A stretch of DNA of 63,227 nt from Sphingomonas sp. (GTDB lineage Bacteria > Pseudomonadota > Alphaproteobacteria > Sphingomonadales > Sphingomonadaceae), in NCBI GenBank assembly GCA_025935515.1, contig JAICVC010000001.1, positions 1 to 63,227 on the forward strand. Reading direction: 5' to 3'. This document shows, piece by piece, positions 56,562 through 63,227 of this stretch. A model generated the notes under the pieces. That model was not told the origin of the DNA. It searched no databases and saw only the letters and a list, made by a program, of their open reading frames with translations. The position numbers were made by a program, and so were the translations under genes. Positions within the stretch are counted from its first letter, which is position 1; each line of letters starts with the position of its first letter.

Positions 56562-57575
56562 TTAGCCACCGGTGACGCTCATGTGGCGTTCGACTGCCGG
56601 TCTCGCGGCCTCGATCCGAAATTGATGGCCTTTGGGCTTGCCGGCGAGCAGGCGGTCGAGTGCGGCATTTACTGCCTCGGTGCCGCCGGTGCGCAGGAGC
56701 TCACGCAGCTCGACCTTCTGATCATGGCCGAGACAGCCGAAGACGGTGCCGGTCGCCGCCACCCGGATGCGGTTGCAGCCGTCGCAGAAATTGTGGGTCA
56801 GCGGCGTGATCAGTCCAAGGCGGACGCCAAGCCCCTCGACCTCGAAATAGCGCGCGGGCCCGCCCGTGCGCGCCAGCGACGGGATCAACCGGAACTCGCG
56901 TTCCAGCCGGCCCCGCACCTCGCTCAGCGGCAGATAATGCTCGCTGCGGTCCTCCTCGACCTCGCCGAGGGGCATGGTCTCGATCAGCGTCAGGCCATAG
57001 CCCTGACTGGCGCACCAGCGCAGCATCGATGCGATCTCGTCCTCATTGATCCCGCGAAGCGCGACCATGTTGACCTTGATGCTGAGCCCGGCCGCTGCCG
57101 CGGCCCCGATCCCGCCGAGCACCTGCGCGAGGTGGCCGTGACGGGTGATGTGGCGGAACCGCTCGGGATTGCGGCTGTCTAGACTGACGTTGATGCGCCG
57201 CACGCCGGAGTCGAACAGCATCGCCGCATATCTCTCGAGCTGCATGCCGTTGGTCGTCATCGTCAGCTCATCGAGCCCCTTGCCGATCCGCTTGCCGAGC
57301 TCGCCGACAAGCAGCTCAATGCCCTTGCGCACCAACGGCTCTCCGCCGGTGAGCCTGATCCGCCTCACTCCGCGAGCGATGAGGATGTCTGCAAGCCCGA
57401 CCATCTCCTCGAGGTCGAGCACGTCCTTGCGCGGCAGGAAGGTCATCTTTTCCGCCATGCAGTAGCGGCAACGCAGATCGCACCGGTCGGTCACCGACAG
57501 GCGTACATAAGTGATGCGCCGGCCGAAGCCGTCGATCATCGGCTTTGATAGGATTCCGTTGTTACCCAAATCCAC
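56562..57575 (-). CDS. moaA: GTP 3',8-cyclase (radical SAM)
   Basis: RLSVTDRCDLRCRYC, LTGGEP, FCDGCNRIR...CL, C-terminal GG. Confidence 0.95.
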   Translation of the reverse strand: MDLGNNGILSKPMIDGFGRRITYVRLSVTDRCDLRCRYCMAEKMTFLPRKDVLDLEEMVGLADILIARGVRRIRLTGGEPLVRKGIELLVGELGKRIGKGLDELTMTTNGMQLERYAAMLFDSGVRRINVSLDSRNPERFRHITRHGHLAQVLGGIGAAAAAGLSIKVNMVALRGINEDEIASMLRWCASQGYGLTLIETMPLGEVEEDRSEHYLPLSEVRGRLEREFRLIPSLARTGGPARYFEVEGLGVRLGLITPLTHNFCDGCNRIRVAATGTVFGCLGHDQKVELRELLRTGGTEAVNAALDRLLAGKPKGHQFRIEAARPAVERHMSVTGG

Positions 57576-57611
57576 TCCGTCCGACGCCTCGCCGCGGCTC
57601 CCGCGTCATCG

Positions 57612-57625
57612 GTGATTTAGATCAA
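57612..57625. promoter_or_regulatory. FNR/FixK/NnrR-type box
   Basis: GTGAT-TTAG-ATCAA (1 mismatch to TTGAT-N4-ATCAA) between divergent moaA and nnrS. Confidence 0.7.
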
Positions 57626-57721
57626 GGAGAACGCCGGTTCCAACCGATACCTTCCGACAGATCTAAGCGTTAGGGGCTACGCGCCTTGCCGCCGGGTGAG
57701 CCAGTCTATTAGGGACGAGGC

Positions 57722-58960
57722 ATGCCTGATGACCCGACTGGCGAGCGCATTGTGACGCGCGGCGAGCAAATGCTCGCCTTGCGGCGGCGGCGAATGGCCG
57801 CATCCCACCCTTTCTTCCGCGGCGGCTTCCGCCCTTTCTTTTTCGGCGGCGCTGCATGGGCACTGATCGCGCTGAGCTTGTGGATCGGCTCGCTGACCGG
57901 CGTAATCGGCCTGCCCACGGCGCTCGACCCGCTTGCTTGGCACCGGCACGAAATGCTGTTCGGATTCGTAGGCGCGGTCGCTAGCGGATTCCTGCTGACT
58001 GCGGTTCCCAACTGGACCGGCCGATTGCCAATCGCCGGCTGGCCGCTCGGCGGGCTCTTCGCGCTGTGGGCCGCGGCGCGGCTCGCGCTGCTCTTCTCGG
58101 CCGAGACCGGGCTTTGGCTTGCGGCAATTCTGGACGTCGGCTTCTTCTTCCTGCTCGGCCTGCTGGCGGAGCGCGAGGTGCTCGAGGCCAACAACCGCAA
58201 TTTCCCCGTCGTCGGGATGATCCTGCTGTTGGGCATTGCCGACGCGGTCGACTATCTCGCGACCGTCGGAGTCATTCCGATAGCTGACCTCGGATGGCAG
58301 CTCGCCATATCCATCGTCGTCCTGCTGATCTCGCTGGTCGGCGGGCGGATCATTCCATCGTTTACGCGCAACTGGATGGCGAAGCAGGGAATAGCCACCG
58401 GACTTCCGACCCAACCGGGACGCTTCGATTTGTTCGTGATCGCCGCGACGGCGGTCGCGCTGCTCGCATGGCTCAGCGGACCTGCCGGGACCCCGATCGG
58501 CTTGGTCCTGGTCGCCGCGGCCATCCTCCAGGCAGCGCGCTGGGCGCGGTGGATGGGGTATCGCACGTTCGCCGATCCGCTCGTGCTGGTCCTTCACGTC
58601 GGCTACGCGTGGGTGCCGGTCGGTCTTGCGCTGCTCGGTTTCAGCCTCATGAGGTTGGTGCCACGGAGCGCGGCGATCCATGCGCTGACGGCCGGGGCGA
58701 TGGCGACGATGATCCTCGCGGTCATGACCCGGGCGAGCCTTGGCCACACGGCACGCGAACTCAAGGCCAACTCCGCCACGATCCTCATCTATCTGCTGGT
58801 AACCGCGGGTGCCGTCCTGCGCGTGACCGCGTCGCTTCGGCTGATCGACTACGACATGGGGATTGAGATTGCCGGGCTCGCCTGGGGCGGGGCCTTCCTG
58901 CTCTTCCTGGTCGCGTACGCGCCGATCCTGTGGCGCCCGCGGCTCGGCGAGCAGCGCTGA
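57722..58960 (+). CDS. nnrS: NnrS family membrane protein
   Basis: GFRPFF, WHRHEMLFG, GFLLTAVPNWTG, GGRIIPSFT, LHVGY.W, IHALT.G, MTRASLGHT. Confidence 0.93.
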   Translation: MPDDPTGERIVTRGEQMLALRRRRMAASHPFFRGGFRPFFFGGAAWALIALSLWIGSLTGVIGLPTALDPLAWHRHEMLFGFVGAVASGFLLTAVPNWTGRLPIAGWPLGGLFALWAAARLALLFSAETGLWLAAILDVGFFFLLGLLAEREVLEANNRNFPVVGMILLLGIADAVDYLATVGVIPIADLGWQLAISIVVLLISLVGGRIIPSFTRNWMAKQGIATGLPTQPGRFDLFVIAATAVALLAWLSGPAGTPIGLVLVAAAILQAARWARWMGYRTFADPLVLVLHVGYAWVPVGLALLGFSLMRLVPRSAAIHALTAGAMATMILAVMTRASLGHTARELKANSATILIYLLVTAGAVLRVTASLRLIDYDMGIEIAGLAWGGAFLLFLVAYAPILWRPRLGEQR

Positions 58961-58994
58961 CCGAAGCGTCGCTACGTCAGGTCAGTGAAATCAT

Positions 58995-59070
58995 TGGTGA
59001 CCCCTACGGGACTCGAACCCGTGTTTTCGCCGTGAGAGGGCGACGTCCTGGACCGCTAGACGAAGGGGCC
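58995..59070 (-). tRNA. tRNA-Glu (anticodon CTC)
   Basis: GGCCCCT...AGGGGTC-A-CCA acceptor stem, TCGCC-CTCTCAC-GGCGA anticodon arm, GGTTCGA T-loop; 76 nt. Confidence 0.95.
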
Positions 59071-59118
59071 ATTGCTGAAGCGAGGGCGCCATATGTGGGC
59101 TTCGCACTGCCTAGTCAA

Positions 59119-59610
59119 TCAGTGCGCGGCCGCCGAAGACCAGTGGATATGGACGATCCTCCAGGTGCTGCCCATTCGCCGCAGGACCATCGTCTCGGTC
59201 GTGGTTCGCTCGACCGGCTTGCCCTTGAAGGCTCCGCTGATCCGGCCTTCGGTCGCGATCCACGCCAGCGTCCCGTCGGAATGGCCCGCGCGGCGCGTGA
59301 CCTGCGACCGAACCGCTTTCGAGAAGGCGGCGTCCGCAGGCAGATGCTTCGCGACATACTCGGCCTTGCTGCGCTCCGCCCCGCCCTCCTCGAAGATCAG
59401 CGCATCGTTCGCGAGCATTGCCGCAGCCGCGGCCGTGTCGCCGCGGCGGAGGGCGGAATGGAAGGCATCGACGATGGCAGCGGGCCCGCGCGCTGATTGG
59501 GCCAGCGTTGCTTCCTGAGCCTCGGCCGCGGCGCGCTGATGAGCGGAGATCGGCGCCGCCAAAAGTGACGTTGCTGCAATGCCGGCCAGACGAACGCCCC
59601 TGAAACGCAT
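59119..59610 (-). CDS. Exported NTF2-like/DUF4440 (SnoaL-like) protein
   Basis: Signal peptide; FH.AL..GD, IFEEGG.E, HL.AD, ETMVL, WRIVHIHWS. Confidence 0.82.
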   Translation of the reverse strand: MRFRGVRLAGIAATSLLAAPISAHQRAAAEAQEATLAQSARGPAAIVDAFHSALRRGDTAAAAAMLANDALIFEEGGAERSKAEYVAKHLPADAAFSKAVRSQVTRRAGHSDGTLAWIATEGRISGAFKGKPVERTTTETMVLRRMGSTWRIVHIHWSSAAAH

Positions 59611-59620
59611 CACTGCCCTC

Positions 59621-61063
59621 TCATTCCAGTTTCAACCGAACGAAGGCCATCGCGCCCGTCGGATTGTTTCCGCCGTACAGCGCGGCCATTCCATCGGGAA
59701 CGAAATTGAGCGCGAACAGGCCGCCGGCGCCGATCGACCAGTTCTCGCCAATCCGGAAATCGCGGACTGCGCCCAAGGACACCTTCCCGACCTGAAATGC
59801 GGGCCCATGCTCATCGACATCGAGCAGCTCGCGATTTTCCGTGATTTCCCCGCGCCCGAACAGCGTCCAGCCGCGATGCTTCAGCGACGCCTCGGCGACA
59901 TAGGCATCGTCGTTGTGATGCTCGACGGTCTTGCGCCCCCACGCCAGCGTCCCCGCGAGCTTCCACCCCGGCGCGACCTCGCGCGCGTACAGCAGGCTCG
60001 CCGACCATCGCGTCTGGTCGACCCCAGGCTCGAGCTGCTCGGGATCCTCGAACCGGCCCCAGCTGCCCTGCAGCGCGAGCTCGCGGGTCGGGTTCCAGGA
60101 CAACCGGATCGCGGTCGAATCGAGCGGGCCGGTCTCGAGGTTCCAGCGATGCTGGTCGGGCTCGCGCCCGTTGAACCGGCTGATCTCGAGCTTCACCCGG
60201 TCCAGCACGATCCCGCCGGTCAGCACGCCGAAGCTGATGTGAGTCGAATCGAGCCAGTGATGGCTGATTGGCGCTTCGGGCGAATCCATGATCGCCTCGC
60301 GGTGCATGAAGGCCGGCGGCCCGAACGCCGGCTCGCCAGGCAGGCCCGCGTACAGGAAGACGCTGCTTTTCGGGCCAAGGTTCTGCGCCACCGAGGCCGA
60401 CAGCTCCATGAACAGGTCGTGCGGGTGCTGGCGGTCGATCAGCCGGTCGCTGCCGTTGGCGGTCTCGCCGCTCGCGAGCAGCAGCGGATAGCCGGATTTG
60501 CCCATCAACGGGTCGGGGCTGACCATCGCCTTCAGTTGCAGCGTTCCATTCCCCAGCGGTCTTCGCGCCATGCCCATCAGCATTCCGCTCGCGAATAGCT
60601 TGTCGTCGCCGCGCGCCCCCGATTGATGGTCGTAGACCAGATTGAGCACGCCGTGCGCCATCAGCGTCCAGTCGCCGCTCATCGCGTGCAGCCCCGAGTG
60701 TTGCGAGTTGTCCGGCTGCCACGCGGTGCCCGAAGACTCGCGGGCCATCGAATAAGGCCCGAGCGCGCCGCCCATTTCCATTTGATGGCCCGCATGCGGC
60801 GCCGACGGCGCTGCCATATCCGCCATCGGTGAATCATGCGCCCGCTTAGACGGCGCCTCCGGCGGTTCGGGTTGCGGGGGCGGCGGCATGGTCATACCCG
60901 GCATATGCTCATGTTGCGCGGCCGTAGGCGCCGGCTTCGGCTGTTCGGGTTGCGGGGGCGGCGGCATGGTCATCCCCGGCATATGTTCATGTTGCGCGGC
61001 CGCGGCGGTGGGCAGCGAGGCAAGCGCGAGCGCGCTCGCCGCAACGACAAGGTTCATCTTCAC
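59621..61063 (-). CDS. Putative outer-membrane beta-barrel protein with a His/Met-rich N-terminus
   Basis: Signal peptide, QHEHMPGMTM repeats, SGTAWQP, DRQHPHDLFMEL, HHWLDSTH, amphipathic C-terminal strand. Confidence 0.75.
   Translation of the reverse strand: MKMNLVVAASALALASLPTAAAAQHEHMPGMTMPPPPQPEQPKPAPTAAQHEHMPGMTMPPPPQPEPPEAPSKRAHDSPMADMAAPSAPHAGHQMEMGGALGPYSMARESSGTAWQPDNSQHSGLHAMSGDWTLMAHGVLNLVYDHQSGARGDDKLFASGMLMGMARRPLGNGTLQLKAMVSPDPLMGKSGYPLLLASGETANGSDRLIDRQHPHDLFMELSASVAQNLGPKSSVFLYAGLPGEPAFGPPAFMHREAIMDSPEAPISHHWLDSTHISFGVLTGGIVLDRVKLEISRFNGREPDQHRWNLETGPLDSTAIRLSWNPTRELALQGSWGRFEDPEQLEPGVDQTRWSASLLYAREVAPGWKLAGTLAWGRKTVEHHNDDAYVAEASLKHRGWTLFGRGEITENRELLDVDEHGPAFQVGKVSLGAVRDFRIGENWSIGAGGLFALNFVPDGMAALYGGNNPTGAMAFVRLKLE
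60865..61002. repeat. Intragenic duplication, 60-bp unit with 78-bp period
   Basis: 60865-60924 vs 60943-61002 with 2 mismatches; encodes AAQHEHMPGMTMPPPPQPE twice. Confidence 0.9.
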
Positions 61064-61122
61064 AATTCATCTCCGGTGGAAGCGGGGCGCCCTGAAATGG
61101 ACGCCCCACCCCAATTGCCTGC

Positions 61123-61320
61123 TTACTTGGCGTGGTCGCCGTGCTCGTCGTGCGCGGCATGGCCTTCGTGCTTGGTGGCCATGTCCTTGCAGCAGTCCTT
61201 GCAGCAATCCTTCTTCATTCGGTCATCCTGCACCCGGGCCTGCTCCGCCGCGGGTGCAGCGGGAGCCGGAGCAGCCGGTTGGGCGGCAGCAACCAGCGCC
61301 GCGAAAATCAATGTCATCAT
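61123..61320 (-). CDS. Small exported Cys/His-rich putative metal-binding protein
   Basis: AGGAG SD, signal-like N-terminus, KDCCKDCCKD, HEGHAAHDEHGDH. Confidence 0.72.
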   Translation of the reverse strand: MMTLIFAALVAAAQPAAPAPAAPAAEQARVQDDRMKKDCCKDCCKDMATKHEGHAAHDEHGDHAK

Positions 61321-61328
61321 TGTCATTC

Positions 61329-61363
61329 TCCTGAGTTCGAAAATTGCGTTCGAGGTCTCAGGA
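61329..61363 (-). promoter_or_regulatory. RBS-sequestering stem-loop overlapping the upstream stop codon
   Basis: Minus strand TCCTGAG-ACC-TCGAA-CGCAATT-TTCGA-A-CTCAGGA. Confidence 0.7.
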
Positions 61364-61669
61364 TCGTGGAGGCGGCGTCGCAGTTTCCGGATGAACACCA
61401 TGCAACTGTTGCGCGGCCGAAGACCGAATCGGTTCGGACACGATCGGCGGTGAATCGCCTGCGCCCGCATCGACCGCCGGAAGCGCGGCGGCGCACGCCA
61501 TCGCGCAGTCGCCGATTCCGCCTTTCATGTCATGGGCCGGCGCCTGGTCGGGGCAATGTCTCATCGGCATGTCGGCCGCCATCCGATGATCGGGCGCACG
61601 GGCCGGCGCTGCACTCATGCCGAACGGCATCAGCAGCACGGCGACGAGAAGCGTGAGCCTGGCAATCAT
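61358..61669 (-). CDS. DUF2946/CopL-like exported leader protein
   Basis: Signal peptide, Met/His-rich middle, HC and DCAMAC, C-terminal ETATPPPRS. Confidence 0.72.
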   Translation of the reverse strand: MIARLTLLVAVLLMPFGMSAAPARAPDHRMAADMPMRHCPDQAPAHDMKGGIGDCAMACAAALPAVDAGAGDSPPIVSEPIRSSAAQQLHGVHPETATPPPRS

Positions 61670-61695
61670 CGTTCCCACCGCGCGAACATAGCGGC

Positions 61696-62454
61696 TCACA
61701 TCCACAGCATCCAGAGCGCCATCGCGATCATCATCAGGTTCTCGGTGAGCGAGACGAAGCCGAGCGGCACATTGCTCGAACCCCCCACGCAGGCGCATTT
61801 GAGCTCGCGCCGGTCGATATAAACCGCCTTGAACACCGACACGGCCCCGATCGTACCGATGAACAGCGCGATCGGAATCGACAGCCACTTCACCGCGCCC
61901 GCAATCATCAGCACGCCGGCGATTCCTTCGGCGTACGGATAGACATAGCTGTATGGCACCCAGCGCCGGGCGAGCAGGTCGTAATTCAGGAACATCGCCG
62001 AAAAAGTCTCGACGTTCTGCAGCTTGAGCAGCGCAAGGACGACCATCGAGAAGGCAATGAACCATTGCGCGGCGAGCGCCGTGAACAACTGCCCGGTGAC
62101 CGAATAACCGGCCGCGAGCGCCGCCAATGCGGTCATCGTGAACAAGACGATCACCGGGCGGTAACTGACGGCATTTGGGTCGGTGACCTTCTTGCCGAGA
62201 TATCGGCGGAGATCGTCGTAGCCGCCGATGCGCTTGCCGCCGATGAAGGTCTGCGGCGTTGTCGCGACCTGGTGATGCGCCTTGAACGCGTCGGTTTCAG
62301 CGCGCGTCGTCAGATGACGGTCGTCGACGGCATAGCCCTGGCGCTGGAGAAGGTCTCGCGCCTTCAGGCCCCACGGGCACACATGGTCCGGCATGACCAT
62401 CCGGTACAGGACCGCCTGCTTGGCGAGCGTTGGGGGGTTGGACAGATCCGACAT
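61696..62454 (-). CDS. Glutaredoxin fused to a MauE/DoxX membrane domain
   Basis: CPWG, TTPQTFIGG.RIGGYDDL; membrane part with F..YDLLA and LKCACVGG..VPLGFVSLTEN. Confidence 0.85.
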   Translation of the reverse strand: MSDLSNPPTLAKQAVLYRMVMPDHVCPWGLKARDLLQRQGYAVDDRHLTTRAETDAFKAHHQVATTPQTFIGGKRIGGYDDLRRYLGKKVTDPNAVSYRPVIVLFTMTALAALAAGYSVTGQLFTALAAQWFIAFSMVVLALLKLQNVETFSAMFLNYDLLARRWVPYSYVYPYAEGIAGVLMIAGAVKWLSIPIALFIGTIGAVSVFKAVYIDRRELKCACVGGSSNVPLGFVSLTENLMMIAMALWMLWM

Positions 62455-62490
62455 TGATTTCACCGACTCCTTGTGAACGGGTCGGTACAC

Positions 62491-62521
62491 ATATAGGGTC
62501 CGTACCGTGGTACGGAGTCAA
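62491..62521 (-). promoter_or_regulatory. MerR-family promoter/operator
   Basis: TTGACT-CCGTACCACGGTACGGACC(19 nt)-CTATAT with dyad TCCGTACC-N2-GGTACGGA. Confidence 0.85.
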
Positions 62522-62534
62522 GGGCTCGCGCCGA

Positions 62535-62834
62535 TCAGTCGTCCTTGTCGCGCTCGCTCAGGAAACGCATCAGTTCGGCGAGCGTCGATTCCATCTGATC
62601 CTGCATCTGGGTGACCAACTCGTTCTCGCGCATGCCAACGTGATCCAGCGGCTTCGAATAGCTGTCCGAGAACGCCTGGAGGTCGGCGCGGTCGAACACT
62701 CCCCGCGCAACCAACTTGGCCAGGATCACCAGCAGTCCGTTGGTGTTGGCGATCGTTCCCGCGACCAGCGCCTCGTCCACCATCGACAGCTGCTTGTCGC
62801 TGTCGGTGACGTCTTGTTCTTCGGTTTCGGTCAT
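62535..62834 (-). CDS. Small acidic hypothetical protein
   Basis: 99-aa ORF with typical composition and helical character; no recognised motif. Confidence 0.65.
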   Translation of the reverse strand: MTETEEQDVTDSDKQLSMVDEALVAGTIANTNGLLVILAKLVARGVFDRADLQAFSDSYSKPLDHVGMRENELVTQMQDQMESTLAELMRFLSERDKDD

Positions 62835-62879
62835 CGTCGCAATCATGGCGGCATCCGCGCGCCGCGCAACCCAAAGCTC

Positions 62880-63227
62880 CTAGGGTTCGATGAATTTGCC
62901 CAGGGTGGACCAGCTCGCGGCCTTCTCAGCGAAAGACTTCGTATTAGCGGCGCTCGATGACGGCAGGTCGATCAGTGTCATTCCCGGCGGCAGCTCATCG
63001 ATCAGCCTTCGCCCCGCCGCGGCGGCGGTCGATCCGTTGAACGCAATGGCGCGCAAATCCGGGAAATCGTGCAGCAGATGCGCGATGCGGTTGTGCTGCG
63101 CGTCGCGGATAGACTGGTCCAGGCTGCCGCGGCGGGTTGCCGAAGCGATCACGTCCCACAGTCCGATCTGCCGCTGGGCAAGCCGTTCGAGCCGCTGCTG
63201 GTAATCGAGCGCCTGCAGCTCCTCGCC
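62880..63227 (-). CDS. Uracil/deoxyinosine DNA glycosylase family protein, 5' truncated by the window edge
   Basis: IGLWDVIASA.R.GSLD..I, AFNG, LPSSS.AN, EK...W. Confidence 0.82.
   Translation of the reverse strand, partial: GEELQALDYQQRLERLAQRQIGLWDVIASATRRGSLDQSIRDAQHNRIAHLLHDFPDLRAIAFNGSTAAAAGRRLIDELPPGMTLIDLPSSSAANTKSFAEKAASWSTLGKFIEP

Noticed and set aside
58995-59070. attL/attR duplication of the tRNA-Glu 3' end
   Set aside because: Only matches of about 9-10 bp were seen (e.g. GGGTCACCA near 13472 and 18745), which is chance level.
1-63227. Many long alternative-frame and antisense ORFs (e.g. 35144-36505, 44113-45441, 48525-49886, 59579-60598)
   Set aside because: They are Arg/Pro/Ala-rich shadow ORFs overlapping well-supported genes, as expected in high-GC DNA.

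Overview
GC-rich alphaproteobacterial chromosome segment, most likely Sphingomonadaceae judging by the XrtV/PEPxxWA-CTERM content. From left to right: (1) housekeeping genes (partial polyprenyl synthase, hrpB, ETC complex I subunit-like); (2) a ~48 kb Wzx/Wzy-type exopolysaccharide locus (4.4-52.8 kb) with wecB, many glycosyltransferases, methyl/acyl-transferases, flippase, polymerase, Wza/Wzc-like export plus a beta-barrel, a priming transferase, exosortase V with EpsI and an accessory protein, two PEPxxWA-CTERM proteins, a LuxR HTH-only regulator and manC; (3) inside that locus, a compact, translationally coupled, reduced VirB type IV secretion operon (virB1-2-3-4-6-9-10-11, with no virB5/7/8, coupling protein or relaxase); (4) a molybdenum cofactor cluster, TauE and nnrS next to tRNA-Glu; (5) a metal-response operon behind a mer-type operator, with a DUF2946-like leader ORF whose stop codon pairs with the next gene's ribosome-binding site. 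Less obvious signals are three EPS genes that seem to use non-canonical start codons, a decayed acetyltransferase pseudogene, a candidate sRNA with a CtrA box, a palindromic element inserted in-frame in hrpB and a 22-bp tandem repeat. I saw no CRISPR array, transposase or integrase. All calls come from motif recognition by eye, not database searches.
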